A stretch of 64,000 nt of DNA from Calditrichia bacterium (GCA_963796965.1 CAWCNS010000004.1:992001-1056000); one strand, 5' to 3'; counted from the stretch's first letter, positions 42,997 to 54,019 are shown. Notes: generated by a model from the letters alone, not told the origin. A program made the numbers and translations.

Positions 42997-43094
42997 TGTC
43001 ATGCTGAACTTGTTTCAGCATCTCATGTATATAATCGGATTTATTTTAGACCCTGAAATAAGCCTGTCCCGATGCCGATCAGGATTCAGGGTGA
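42997..43094. repeat. REP-like double-hairpin intergenic element
   Basis: TGTCATGCTGAACTTGTTTCAGCATCT followed by ACCCTGAAATAAG-[CCTGTCCCGATGCCGATCAGG]-ATTCAGGGT. Confidence 0.6.
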
Positions 43095-43312
43095 TTTTAT
43101 CTTAAATTTTAAGAAAATATCATACATACTCAAGCAAGTAATTTAAGTTACATGAAAATATTTATCAAATATTCATTCTCATTAAAGTTATTGCTGAATT
43201 TTTTGATGTTTTTAGAGATTCTGTGAAAAAAATCCCTAAAAAAAGTTGTGATAAAATTAATGAATTTGTTATATTTTGTAAGCTTTAATGATTAAAAAAC
43301 CAACCTAGAGGG

Positions 43313-44692
43313 ATGTATTCCAATATGATAAAACATAAGTTGAAAAAAGGCTACACTATTAAGCTGGCGGGATCCATTGAAAAAAGCTTGGTTGATGCTG
43401 AAATACCAAAATTCTATGCGTCTCAACCTTTTGATTTTTTGGGACTTAAACCGCGTCTGGAAGTGGAAGAGGGGGATCTGGTCAAAATTGGATCACCTCT
43501 TTATAATAACAAAGAGAAGCCTGAGATTAAGTTTGTTTCCCCTGCCAGTGGCAAAGTTTTCCAAATAAATCGGGGTGAACGCCGCAAAATAGCAGAGGTT
43601 GTTATTGAATCTGATGGCAGCGATACAGCTGTTGATTTTGGAAGCCATGCTGCACAGGATATAGATAGCCTTCCTGTTGATGAGATAAAGAAAAAACTTT
43701 TGGAAGGAGGCATGTGGCCGATGATTAGGCAACGTCCCTTTTCAAAAATTGCTAACCCGGATGTCCTCCCCCGTGATATCTTTATAACCGGTATGGACAC
43801 AGCCCCGCTGGTTGCAGATCCTGAATTTATACTGCAAAATGAAGAAGAGAATTTTAATGTCGGTCTTAAGGTAATCAGAAGATTAACTGAAGGGAAGGTG
43901 TTTCTTTCTCTTAATGGTGAAGTGAAAGAGCATCTACCATTTTTACAAAATCCTGAGGGTGTCGAAGTCCATGAGTTTTCAGGTAAGCATCCGGCCGGAA
44001 ATCTAAGTGTGCACATTCATCATATCGCACCGGTAAATGTTGGGGATATAGTTTGGTATGTGAATGCTGTGGATGTACCGTTAATTGGAAAATTTTTCTT
44101 AAAGGGGAGGTTTCCAACCGAAAGAATTATTGCTGTAAGTGGTTCTGCAGTTAAACCGGAAACCAGGAAGTATTATCGTACCTGGGCTGGGGCTAAGGTA
44201 CAAACCTTGGTAAACGAGGGGAATTGCAATCAGGATTATGTTAGGATTATTACGGGAAATATCTTAAGAGGAAGAAAAATACCGGAAAGTGGATATCTAG
44301 GATTTTACAACCGCACTTTAACCGTTATCCCTGAGAGTAAAGAAAGAGACATGTTTGGATGGCTGACGCCTGGATTAGATCAGGAAAGTTATTCACGAAC
44401 ATTTTTATCAAAATATATTCCACGATCTGAGTATGTCAAAGATACCAGGATTCATGGTGGTAAAAGAGCCTTTTTTCAAACAGGTGATTACGAAAATATG
44501 ATGCCCATGGACATCTATCCCGCGCAACTCGTAAAGAGTATTATGGCTGGAGATATCGAAACGATGCTCGGTCTGGGGCTTTTGGAAGTGGATGACGAGG
44601 ATTTCGCCCTCTGTACGTATATCTGTCCTTCAAAGATAGATTTTGGTGAACATATCCGTAAAGGATTAGATGAACTGGAGCGCGAAGGATAG
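43313..44692 (+). CDS. nqrA: Na+-translocating NADH:quinone reductase subunit A
   Basis: KLKKG..I.LAG, SPASGKV..INRGERR, RQRPFS, DTAPL, HPAG, MPMDIYP, EDFALCTYICPSK. Confidence 0.96.
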   Translation: MYSNMIKHKLKKGYTIKLAGSIEKSLVDAEIPKFYASQPFDFLGLKPRLEVEEGDLVKIGSPLYNNKEKPEIKFVSPASGKVFQINRGERRKIAEVVIESDGSDTAVDFGSHAAQDIDSLPVDEIKKKLLEGGMWPMIRQRPFSKIANPDVLPRDIFITGMDTAPLVADPEFILQNEEENFNVGLKVIRRLTEGKVFLSLNGEVKEHLPFLQNPEGVEVHEFSGKHPAGNLSVHIHHIAPVNVGDIVWYVNAVDVPLIGKFFLKGRFPTERIIAVSGSAVKPETRKYYRTWAGAKVQTLVNEGNCNQDYVRIITGNILRGRKIPESGYLGFYNRTLTVIPESKERDMFGWLTPGLDQESYSRTFLSKYIPRSEYVKDTRIHGGKRAFFQTGDYENMMPMDIYPAQLVKSIMAGDIETMLGLGLLEVDDEDFALCTYICPSKIDFGEHIRKGLDELEREG

Positions 44693-44794
44693 GTCAGATA
44701 ATTACAAATTACTGATTACGAATTATAAACTTAAATAACAGTTATATTGGTATAAATATTGTAAAACGGCTAAACCAAATATCGGGGAAATAAT

Positions 44795-45979
44795 TTGAAG
44801 TTTATTAGAAAACTCAGCGAAGATTTGGGACCCATTTTCGGAAAAAATGGGAAATATAGGATGTTTTATCCCTTATTCGAAGTGATTGACACATTTTTTC
44901 TTACGCCTGCTTCCCGCACAAGCAGGGGACCACATATTAGAGATAAAATAGATTCTAAACGATTTATGATCACGGTGGTAATTGCCTTGTTCCCGGCTAT
45001 TCTGGTGGGCATGTACAATATTGGATATCAGGCGTTTTTAGCCCAAGGTATATCGGCCACGATAGGAGATTGTCTCTGGAATGGGTTCCTGGTAATGCTA
45101 CCGGTTATTATTGTAACCTATGCTGTAGGACTCGGGTGGGAGATTCTCTTTGCCATTGTGCGAAAACATGAGATGAATGAAGGATTCTTCGTGACTGGAA
45201 TTCTCTTTGTTCTCGTACTTCCCCCGACCATCCCATTGTGGCAGGTTGCTGTAGCCGTGACCTTTGGTGTAATAATCGGTAAAGAGGTTTTTGGTGGTAC
45301 TGGAATGAACATATTTAATCCAGCACTCACAGCAAGGGCCTTTTTATTTTTCGCTTATCCAGGTAAGATATCGGGGGATAAGGTTTGGACTGCAATTGAT
45401 GCTTCCAAGGATAAGTTAATCGATGGCTATTCCGGCGCAACACCTTTGTTAGTTGCATCCAGCGCCAATCCAGGAGATCTTGCCACCACAGCAGTAGGTA
45501 ATGCAGGATTTTCATTCAGTGATATGTTCTTCGGGTTGATTCCTGGGAGTATGGGTGAGACCTCCTTTATAGCCATATTGCTTGGTGCCCTCATTCTAAT
45601 TGTTGCCGGTGTGGGTAGTTGGCGTATTATGATGGCTGTTGCCCTGGGTGGTTTTGGAATGGCTTTACTCATGAATCTGGCCGCTGGTCCAACCTCGCCA
45701 AGTATCTTTACATTACCCCCACATTATCATTTTGTAATGGGGGGATTTGCATTTGGGGCTGTATTTATGGCCACCGATCCGGTATCAGCGGCGGGTACGA
45801 ATACAGGTAAATGGATATACGGAATCATGATTGGAATCATGGCTATTCTGATTCGAACCGTAAATCCGGCTTATCCGGAAGGAATGATGCTGGCCATCTT
45901 ATTTATGAATGTTTTTGCTCCATTGATTGATTACTATGTACTAAAAGCGAATATGCGCAGGAGGTTGCATCGTGCATAA
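44795..45979 (+). CDS. nqrB: Na+-NQR subunit B
   Basis: HIRD.IDSKR.M, NEGFFVT, KEVFGGTGMN.FNPAL, FMN site DGYSGAT, FMATDPVS, YPEGMMLAIL. Confidence 0.96.
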   Translation: MKFIRKLSEDLGPIFGKNGKYRMFYPLFEVIDTFFLTPASRTSRGPHIRDKIDSKRFMITVVIALFPAILVGMYNIGYQAFLAQGISATIGDCLWNGFLVMLPVIIVTYAVGLGWEILFAIVRKHEMNEGFFVTGILFVLVLPPTIPLWQVAVAVTFGVIIGKEVFGGTGMNIFNPALTARAFLFFAYPGKISGDKVWTAIDASKDKLIDGYSGATPLLVASSANPGDLATTAVGNAGFSFSDMFFGLIPGSMGETSFIAILLGALILIVAGVGSWRIMMAVALGGFGMALLMNLAAGPTSPSIFTLPPHYHFVMGGFAFGAVFMATDPVSAAGTNTGKWIYGIMIGIMAILIRTVNPAYPEGMMLAILFMNVFAPLIDYYVLKANMRRRLHRA

Positions 45980-46670
45980 AAACTCATATGTCTTCTTTTT
46001 TGCAGCTGTTGTAACAATTTCTTGTAGTATCTTACTGGCGACAGCAGCAAATTTACTTAAGGAACGCCAACAAGAAAATATTGCTTTGGATATGCAAAAA
46101 AATATTCTCGCTTCAGCCGGACTTGGATCAGCCGAAATGGAACGTGCTGAGATTCTTAAACTATATACTGAATATATTCGCTCAAAGGTAATAAATAAAT
46201 CCGGAGATGAGGTTCGCGATAAAAAAGTTGAACAACTCGATCCAAAAAAGGATGTTGATCTTTTACCCTTATACTTTGCTGAAGAAAATGGAGAGGTACT
46301 TGCTTATATTGTACCTATTTCCGGAAAAGGGCTTTGGTCTACAATTTATGGTTATCTGGCCCTGGAAAAAGATTTAGTTACGGTAAAGGGTATAACATTT
46401 TATCAGCATGGTGAAACGCCCGGATTAGGTGGGGAGATTGAAAAAGAGTGGTTTAAAGATAATTTCAAGGGTAAAAAGATCCTTTCATCCACGGGTCAAT
46501 TGGTATCCATTACTGTGCTTAAGGGAAAGGTTGCCGGAAGATATTCAGGCGATCAGGCTGATCATTATGTGGATGGTATCAGTGGTTCCACGTTGACTGG
46601 AAATGGCCTCAACAAATTCCTTAAAAAAGATCTTGAAATCTACGAACCTTATTTTAGTACAATCAGATAA
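45972..46670 (+). CDS. nqrC: Na+-NQR subunit C
   Basis: GKGLWSTIYG, HGETPGLGGEI, VDGISGSTLT. Confidence 0.95.
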   Translation: MHKNSYVFFFAAVVTISCSILLATAANLLKERQQENIALDMQKNILASAGLGSAEMERAEILKLYTEYIRSKVINKSGDEVRDKKVEQLDPKKDVDLLPLYFAEENGEVLAYIVPISGKGLWSTIYGYLALEKDLVTVKGITFYQHGETPGLGGEIEKEWFKDNFKGKKILSSTGQLVSITVLKGKVAGRYSGDQADHYVDGISGSTLTGNGLNKFLKKDLEIYEPYFSTIR

Positions 46671-46690
46671 GAAAAGATGGAGTAATATAA

Positions 46691-47374
46691 ATGGCAGAAG
46701 CGAACGCTGTAGCAGAAACCAAGGTGGAGATACAACCGCCTAAAGAGAAACTTTTCTCTAAAAAGAATAAACGTACATTAACTGATCCCTTTTCTGATAA
46801 TAATCCGATTACCTTACAGGTATTGGGGATATGTTCAGCATTGGCTGTAACAGTTCAAGTGCCAACGGCATTAGTCATGTCAGCGGCTGTTGTCTTTGTT
46901 TTAGCTATTTCAAATGTGATGATATCTCTGCTTCGAAACTCAATCCCCTCAAAAATAAGAATTATCGTAGAATTGGCAGTGGTCGCAACATTGGTAATCC
47001 TTGTTGATCAAATTCTTAAAGCATTTTTATATGACATTAGCAAACAACTAAGTGTTTTTGTCGGTCTGATAATCACAAATTGTATCATTCTTGGACGTGC
47101 GGAAGCATTTGCTTTGCAGAACAAACCCTGGCCATCGTTCCTTGATGGATTGGGGAATGCATTGGGTTATGCCATCATTTTGATTGTTGTCGCAACCGGA
47201 CGTGAAATTCTTGGAAGCGGTACTTTTTTTGGTTTTCAGGTAATTCCTGATTTCCTCTACAATGCTGGATATGAGAACATGGGATTAATGGTTCTCTCTC
47301 CCGGAGCATTTATCTTACTTGGTTTGATAATCTGGGGCCAGCGAATGATTTCACAAAAATTTGAAGAATCCTAA
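46691..47374 (+). CDS. nqrD: Na+-NQR subunit D
   Basis: NNPITLQVLGICSALAVT, VFVGLIITNCI.LGRAEAFA. Confidence 0.96.
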   Translation: MAEANAVAETKVEIQPPKEKLFSKKNKRTLTDPFSDNNPITLQVLGICSALAVTVQVPTALVMSAAVVFVLAISNVMISLLRNSIPSKIRIIVELAVVATLVILVDQILKAFLYDISKQLSVFVGLIITNCIILGRAEAFALQNKPWPSFLDGLGNALGYAIILIVVATGREILGSGTFFGFQVIPDFLYNAGYENMGLMVLSPGAFILLGLIIWGQRMISQKFEES

Positions 47375-47395
47375 TCTATATGAGAGAGGTTTGCT

Positions 47396-48010
47396 TTGGA
47401 ACATTATTTAAGTTTAGCTGTCAAATCCATATTTGTTGAGAATATTGTACTTGCCTATTTCCTGGGAATGTGTTCGTTTCTAGCCGTTTCGCGAAGGGTG
47501 GAAACAGCATTAGGCCTTGGCCTGGCAGTGATTTTTGTTTTCACGATTACAGCACCAACTAATTGGGCGATCAATACCTATCTTTTGGAAGAAGGGGCGA
47601 TGTCCTGGTTATGGAGTGGATTCGAGAATGTTGATCTGAGTTTCTTACAGTTCATTTCTTTTATTGCAGTAATTGCGGCAATGGTGCAATTGGTTGAAAT
47701 GTTTGTTGATAAATTTAGTCAGACACTGTACACAGCCTTAGGGATATTTCTTCCCCTTATCGCGGTAAATTGTGCCATCCTCGGATCATCATTGTTCCTG
47801 GTAGAAAGGGAATATAATCTTTTGGAATCTACGGTATTCGGTTTCAGTTCAGGATTTGGATTTTTTCTGGCCATCATTGCAATGGCTGCAATCAGAACTA
47901 AATTACAATATTCAAATGTGCCTGAAGGTCTCAAGGGATTGGGTTTGACCATGCTTATTACAGGTCTTATGGCTATGGCATTTATGAGTTTCTCAGGAAT
48001 AAGTCTATAA
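47396..48010 (+). CDS. nqrE: Na+-NQR subunit E
   Basis: [37 protein letters not shown]. Confidence 0.96.
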   Translation: MEHYLSLAVKSIFVENIVLAYFLGMCSFLAVSRRVETALGLGLAVIFVFTITAPTNWAINTYLLEEGAMSWLWSGFENVDLSFLQFISFIAVIAAMVQLVEMFVDKFSQTLYTALGIFLPLIAVNCAILGSSLFLVEREYNLLESTVFGFSSGFGFFLAIIAMAAIRTKLQYSNVPEGLKGLGLTMLITGLMAMAFMSFSGISL

Positions 48011-48031
48011 TATTAAATCAGGAGTTTAATC

Positions 48032-49259
48032 TTGAATATTTTTTCATTAATAGCATTAAGTGCCGGGGTTTTTTCATCATTTATATTGATGTTGGTTTAT
48101 ATATTAATTCTGGCTGAAAAAAAATTAGTAGCCCAGGGAAAAGTAAAGATCCTGATTAACGATGATGAAAGTAAAAGTCCGGAAGTGAATGCAGGAGGAA
48201 ATTTACTTTCTATTCTTTCTGAAAATAAAATTTTTCTACCTTCTGCTTGCGGTGGTGGCGGAACCTGTGGAATGTGTAAATGTCAAATCCTTGAGGGGGG
48301 AGGCGATGTGCTCCCTACAGAAAAAACTCTTCTTACCAGGAGCCAGATAAAAGAGGATTGGCGGGTTGCCTGTCAGGTCAAAGTAAAAGAAGATATGAAA
48401 ATATCGGGTTCCGGATGAAATCTTCAGTATACAAAAATTTGATTGTGAGGTTATATCAAATTATAATGTGGCTACATTTATAAAAGAATTTAAAATAAAA
48501 CTACCAGCGGGTCAGCATATGGATTTTCAAGCTGGTGGTTATATCCAGATTTATATTCCGGCCTATGATTTAAAATATACCGAGTTTGAGGTTGAAGAAG
48601 AATATCGTGGGGATTGGGATAAATATAAACTTTGGGATCTTAAATCCTCGAATGAGGAAGAAATATTCCGGGCTTATTCCATGGCAAATTATCCGGCCGA
48701 GGGGGATATCGTCATGCTCAACGTGAGAATTGCCACACCCCCACCAAATAAAAACGTTCCTCCTGGTATTGCATCATCCTATATATTTAATATGAAACCG
48801 GGGGATAAAGTGACCGTTAGTGGGCCTTATGGGGAGTTTTTTATTAAGGACACGGATCGGGAAATGGTCTATATTGGTGGTGGAGCAGGAATGGCACCCA
48901 TGCGCAGTCACCTTTTCCATCTCTTTAAAACATTAGAGACCGGTAGGAAAGTTAATTTTTTCTATGGGGCCCGTTCCCTTAGAGAAATGTTTTATGATGA
49001 TCAGTTTAAAGAGATTGCTGAAAAATTTCCAAATTTTAATTATACTGTTGCTCTTTCCGAACCAATGCCTGAAGATAACTGGAAGGGACCGGTTGGTTTT
49101 ATCCATCAGGTTGTCCAGGATACTTTTCTTGAGAAACATAAAGATCCCAGTGAAATTGAATATTATCTTTGTGGTCCGCCAATGATGATAGATGCAGTGA
49201 ATAAAATGCTCTATAATATGGGTGTTGATAATGAGATGATCGCTTATGATGTTTTTTAA
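48032..49259 (+). CDS. nqrF: Na+-NQR subunit F (single frameshift near 48403)
   Basis: [17 protein letters not shown] [2Fe-2S]; second frame [42 protein letters not shown]. Confidence 0.94.
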
Positions 49260-50304
49260 GAGTAGAGGTGTAATTTATTTATTACAGAGGAGCAGCTTGA
49301 TGCTGCTCCTTTTTTATTTATTGTCATGTGAAAAAGATGATATCCAGTATGGCTGGACGGGCATGACAATGGGCACAACCTATCAGGTGAAAATCACACA
49401 TCTGGTTTTGGCTGAACATGAAGTTATTCAATTAAAAAGCTGGGTTGATTCTGCGCTTGTTGAAGTGAACCGACAAATGTCTACATACGACCCTCAGAGT
49501 GAAATATCGAGATTTAATAAGTATCAAGATACCCTTGCCTTTCCGGTGTCTTCAGAGTTTGCTAGGGTTGTCTCAAAGGCAATAGAAGTGTCACGAATCT
49601 CCAATAATTCATTTGATATCACGGTAGCGAATCTTGTGAATCTTTGGGGCTTTGGTAAGAAAGGAAAAAGAATTGTACCTCCGGCAAAGGAAGATATTTT
49701 AGCAGCAATGAGGAATGTTGGGGTTCACTATGTTAACTCTGTTGATGGTAAAGCATTGAAAAAAAATAATGCGAAGGTTCAGATAGATTTAAGTGCCATT
49801 GCAAAGGGTTATGGTGTCGATGTCGTGGCTCAAATTCTCAAAGCCAGGAATATTTTGAATTTTATGGTTGAGATTGGTGGCGAGGTTATAACCAAAGGTG
49901 TAAATGCATCCGGAGAACCATGGAAGATAGGTATTGATAGCCCCGGTCTTGCTAACCTTCCAGGGCAGAATATCAGATCCATTCTGGCACTCAAAGATGT
50001 GGCTGTCGCAACATCCGGTGATTACCGGAATTATTTTGAATATGAAGGGAAAATATATTCACATACCATTAATCCGAAGACGGGAAGACCTGTAACCCAC
50101 GATTTAGCCAGTGCGACAGTAATAGCAAAAGACTGTATGACTGCTGATGCTCTCGCAACCGCTATTATGGTAATGGGAAGAGATGAGGGAATGAAATTCA
50201 TTGAAAAAATAAAAAATGCCGAAGCCCTGATGATTACCCGTAGAGGCCTCGAATCATATAGTAGCTTTCAATCGTCGGGATTTTCAAAATATGTATTTAA
50301 ATAG
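49246..50304 (+). CDS. apbE: FAD:protein FMN transferase ApbE
   Basis: Lipobox [56 protein letters not shown]. Confidence 0.95.
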   Translation: MMFFKSRGVIYLLQRSSLMLLLFYLLSCEKDDIQYGWTGMTMGTTYQVKITHLVLAEHEVIQLKSWVDSALVEVNRQMSTYDPQSEISRFNKYQDTLAFPVSSEFARVVSKAIEVSRISNNSFDITVANLVNLWGFGKKGKRIVPPAKEDILAAMRNVGVHYVNSVDGKALKKNNAKVQIDLSAIAKGYGVDVVAQILKARNILNFMVEIGGEVITKGVNASGEPWKIGIDSPGLANLPGQNIRSILALKDVAVATSGDYRNYFEYEGKIYSHTINPKTGRPVTHDLASATVIAKDCMTADALATAIMVMGRDEGMKFIEKIKNAEALMITRRGLESYSSFQSSGFSKYVFK

Positions 50305-50490
50305 TCATGACTTCGCTTCTAAAATCATCTGTACTAAATGTCAAATGTAACCCAAATTCCCCAAGATCAAAGCAGTTTGATTAAATATAGTAATTGGAAG
50401 TTGGATATTTATTTGTCATTTGGATTTTGACATTTGATATTGGAAAAAAGGTATATCAAAATTAGGTAGGTGAATAGTTCTCAGGTTAGT

Positions 50491-50757
50491 TTAGTTGTCA
50501 GAAAAATGTTCTTCCTGGAAACGACGTTTTCGGGACGGATTTCCTAATTGGGCAACAGTGGCAAAACCTTCTTTATCTCCACTATGGCAAATTTCAGCTT
50601 CTTTGGAAGGGCAAACTCCACAACTCAGTTCTTCTCCTTTAACATGCAGACCACTCCCACAAGAACCGGCACGAAGACTTTTTTTCGTAAAGATGACACC
50701 AACAGAGAGTAGAAAAAATGATGCTCCAAATATTCCTATTGCAAGTAACGTTTCCAT
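50491..50757 (-). CDS. nqrM: NqrM (DUF539)-like NQR maturation protein
   Basis: 88 aa, one N-terminal TM helix (LLSVGVIF), then GSCG..CGVC..C (four Cys); adjacent to nqrF-apbE. Confidence 0.65.
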   Translation of the reverse strand: METLLAIGIFGASFFLLSVGVIFTKKSLRAGSCGSGLHVKGEELSCGVCPSKEAEICHSGDKEGFATVAQLGNPSRKRRFQEEHFSDN

Positions 50758-50929
50758 AATTCCAATCTACCAAAATTTACTGATTATACCAATTATTTAA
50801 TTAACGCGTAATTTTTTATTCTCACACAATCTCTTAATCGCGTCGTTAGATTCTGACTATATTATAATCTATTTAACTAAAAAATATAAGTTATTCTTCC
50901 ATAATTATTTAAAAATGTAACCTGGATCA

Positions 50930-51949
50930 CTAAAATGTTAGTACAACCTTCCCCATTTGTCTGTTTTCTTCTAAATATCTGTGCGCGGCAGATATTTTAT
51001 CAATATCATAGACCCTGCTAATTATTGGATCTAATACTTTACGCTCGATTAATTCACAAATTTCAGTAAGATCTTTGCGGTTTCCCATGGTAGAACCAAT
51101 GATTTGTTGATGTTTAATGAATAAATGGCGCAGATCTAAACGTACATATGGTCCCGTCGTTGCCCCGCAGGTTACTATTTTTCCGCCCTTTTTTAACGAA
51201 CGAATCGAATGCGTCCAGCTCTTTTCTCCCACATGATCAAATACTGCATCCACTCCTTTACCATCGGTAATCTCCCGAATTGCATGGCCTACATTCTCTT
51301 TTTTATAATCGATGCAATGATCAGCTCCAAGCTGCAGGGCAAAGTTCAATTTTTCTTCTGAACCCGCGGTTGAAATAACTTTTGCTCCGATATGTCGGGA
51401 AATTTGGATGGCTGCAGTTCCAATACCGCTGCTTGCTCCCCAAATGAGTATAGTCTGAGAATCATTCAAATGTAATTTTCTAAAAATCATATGATAAGCA
51501 GTTAAAAATGCCAGGGGAAATGCGGCTGCTTTCTCCAAAGTTAAATTTTCTGGTTTGGGCATTACAAATTCTACAGGGGCACAGATATACTCGGCCTGAA
51601 CACCGTCTAAATGTTCCCCGAGAACCCGATATTCATTACTTAACTCCTCTGATTTTCCATAAGGAAGGTCACTTCTAAAGGGTACAATAAATATGTGATC
51701 CCCTTTTTTTAATCCATTTGAGTGGTTAGAATTACTTCCAAACTCTTCAATAATTCCGGCACCATCACTCCCCAGGATGAGGGGAAGTTTTATACCGGGA
51801 AATCCTTTGCGTACCCACAGGTCAAGGTGGTTAAGGGCTACTGTTTTAATTTTAATTAGTACTTCATTTACTTTTGGGACAGGAATATCCAGGTCATCGA
51901 TCTGCAACACTTCCGGCCCACCGTGTTGATGTATGCGAATGGCTTTCAT
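50930..51949 (-). CDS. Medium-chain dehydrogenase/quinone oxidoreductase (MDR family)
   Basis: GGPEVL, LNHLDLW, LGSDGAG, GASSGIG, GKVVL; structural-Zn cysteines absent. Confidence 0.9.
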   Translation of the reverse strand: MKAIRIHQHGGPEVLQIDDLDIPVPKVNEVLIKIKTVALNHLDLWVRKGFPGIKLPLILGSDGAGIIEEFGSNSNHSNGLKKGDHIFIVPFRSDLPYGKSEELSNEYRVLGEHLDGVQAEYICAPVEFVMPKPENLTLEKAAAFPLAFLTAYHMIFRKLHLNDSQTILIWGASSGIGTAAIQISRHIGAKVISTAGSEEKLNFALQLGADHCIDYKKENVGHAIREITDGKGVDAVFDHVGEKSWTHSIRSLKKGGKIVTCGATTGPYVRLDLRHLFIKHQQIIGSTMGNRKDLTEICELIERKVLDPIISRVYDIDKISAAHRYLEENRQMGKVVLTF

Positions 51950-52184
51950 GGATTACCCCAATATTTTTATGAGATATTATTAATATATTACTAGTATCAA
52001 AGAAAACAGATAAGCAGAGAGCAGTATAAATATATATTTTGTAAACTATATATATGCGAATATCAAAAAAATTTCAAATAAATATTAAACATCACTATAC
52101 ATATTTTCCCCTGCTTACTGCATTCTGCATTCCGCTTTCTTGAAATAATCTTAATTTTAAATATTTGAATTTGCTCCGTTGATC

Positions 52185-52211
52185 ATTGTCTAAAGGACTC
52201 CTTTGGACAAT
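52185..52211. repeat. Palindrome GTC(C/T)AAAGGACTCCTTTGG, copy 1
   Basis: ATTGTCTAAAGGACTCCTTTGGACAAT; second copy at 54001-54019. Confidence 0.6.
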
Positions 52212-52260
52212 ATTCCGTGATGAATATTGAATATTGTTCTGATAATATGTAATCTTTTAT

Positions 52261-52812
52261 ATGGAATTTTTATTATCGCTGGATACAACCTTATTCTATT
52301 TTATAAATGTTGATCTACAAAATCCATTTTTTGATTGGTTTATGCCTTTTATAACTGAGAGGCTTCATTGGTTTCCTGTATGGGGTATCTTAATTATAGG
52401 TCTTTTATGGAAGGGCGGGAAAAAGGGGAGAATGGTCGTTTTGCTTATAATACCAGTAATTTTTCTGAGTGATCAGATTTCTGCACATGTATTAAAACCG
52501 CTAATTGCCCGTCCCAGACCTTGTGTTGCACTACCGGATATACATTTGCTTGCCGGTATAAAAAGATCCTTCTCCTTTCCCTCAGCCCATGCTGCCAATT
52601 TTTTTGCCACCGCCACCTTTTTCAATTATTTTTATCCAAAATATAGATGGGTATATTTTATCGCGGCATTTTTTGTTGCCCTATCCCGTGTCTCAATAGG
52701 GGTACATTATCCGTTGGACATCGTTGCGGGCGGGATCCTCGGTGCCTGTTGTGCATTCGTTGTCATTTTTTTCTGGAAGCTGATTGAAAACTATATCATC
52801 TCTCGTAAATAA
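52261..52812 (+). CDS. PAP2-family membrane phosphatase
   Basis: KPLIARPRP, SFPSAHA, SRVSIGVHYPLD. Confidence 0.93.
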   Translation: MEFLLSLDTTLFYFINVDLQNPFFDWFMPFITERLHWFPVWGILIIGLLWKGGKKGRMVVLLIIPVIFLSDQISAHVLKPLIARPRPCVALPDIHLLAGIKRSFSFPSAHAANFFATATFFNYFYPKYRWVYFIAAFFVALSRVSIGVHYPLDIVAGGILGACCAFVVIFFWKLIENYIISRK

Positions 52813-53006
52813 AATACATCTCTCCACGAATTACACTGATTATGACGACTTTCACGGATTAACTTATTTAACTTTTAAAAATTCCCAATTCCCAATCAAA
52901 CTAACAACTAATTATACAAAATACCAAAATTTCATATAATTGTCTTTAAAATTTTGCATTTCGCAAAACCTTTCCTATATTTAACCTTTTTTCAAAAGGG
53001 GAAGTT

Positions 53007-53990
53007 TTGAGTACACAGCCACAATATCGTAATACTACAAAAAAAATTCTTTCATTTATAAAAAAGCGAAATCAATACCTGGTAACCGCTCATTTGAATG
53101 CAGATGGTGATGCGATCGCTTCTGTAATTGCCATAGGACTGCTGCTTGACAAACTGGGTAAGAAATATTACATGGTCCTTCATGATGCCCAAATTGATGA
53201 CCGCTTTAACTATCTAAAGAATTTTGATAATATCCATACCTATAGCAGTTCTCACCATTTTCCTATAGAGTCCGCCATAATTCTTGATGTACCGGGTGTG
53301 CATCGTCTGGGAAAAGTAGTGAAATTATTGCCTGATAGATCTGGGATTATAAAAATCGATCATCATCCGGCGGAAGATGATTTTGCCATATTAAACCTGG
53401 CAGATGAAAAAGCTTCATCTGCAACCCAATTGGTTTATGAATTGGTCGAGGAAGCCAATATTAAAATTGATCTGCCATTGGCTGAGGCTATTTATACTGG
53501 AATTGTATATGATACAGGACGATTTTCATTTTCCAATACGACTGCCAGAGATCATCAGATATGTGGGAAGATGGTGGAAATAGGCGTAGATCCTGCCAGA
53601 ATAACCAGTCGCATATTCTTTGAGCACTCGTTTGAGTCGGTTAAGACGATCGGCAGTGGGCTTTCGTCAATGGAAAGTTATCTCGATGGCCGGGTTAATG
53701 TTATCTATCTTGATCTGAAGGCGATGAGCCAGAATCATCAGGGAGAAATAGAGGAGTTGGCTAATTACAGCATCGGTATTCGACGTGGTAAGGTGGGAGT
53801 TTTTATTCGTGAGATTAAACCCCGTTTGCATAAAATTAGCTTGCGTTCAAAAGAAGATGTTGATGTAAATCGTATCGCGAAAGCCTTTGATGGAGGGGGA
53901 CATACCCGTGCATCTGGATGCCGGATTGAAGGGACAAAAAAAGAAGTGATTAAAAAAGTTATAGTAGAGATTGAAAAACAGCGAAAATAA
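53007..53990 (+). CDS. nrnA: DHH/DHHA1 phosphoesterase (NrnA-like oligoribonuclease/pAp phosphatase)
   Basis: HLNADGDA, IDHH, YDTGRF, SLRS, GGGHTRASG. Confidence 0.85.
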   Translation: MSTQPQYRNTTKKILSFIKKRNQYLVTAHLNADGDAIASVIAIGLLLDKLGKKYYMVLHDAQIDDRFNYLKNFDNIHTYSSSHHFPIESAIILDVPGVHRLGKVVKLLPDRSGIIKIDHHPAEDDFAILNLADEKASSATQLVYELVEEANIKIDLPLAEAIYTGIVYDTGRFSFSNTTARDHQICGKMVEIGVDPARITSRIFFEHSFESVKTIGSGLSSMESYLDGRVNVIYLDLKAMSQNHQGEIEELANYSIGIRRGKVGVFIREIKPRLHKISLRSKEDVDVNRIAKAFDGGGHTRASGCRIEGTKKEVIKKVIVEIEKQRK

Positions 53991-54000
53991 TACGCAGAAA

Positions 54001-54019
54001 GTCCAAAGGACTCCTTTGG
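54001..54019. repeat. Palindrome GTCCAAAGGACTCCTTTGG, copy 2
   Basis: Shares AAAGGACTCCTTTGG with 52192-52206. Confidence 0.55.

Noticed and set aside
48400..48470. Split nqrF as selenocysteine readthrough or two genes
   Set aside because: The continuation ([12 protein letters not shown]) is in a different frame; a single indel explains it.
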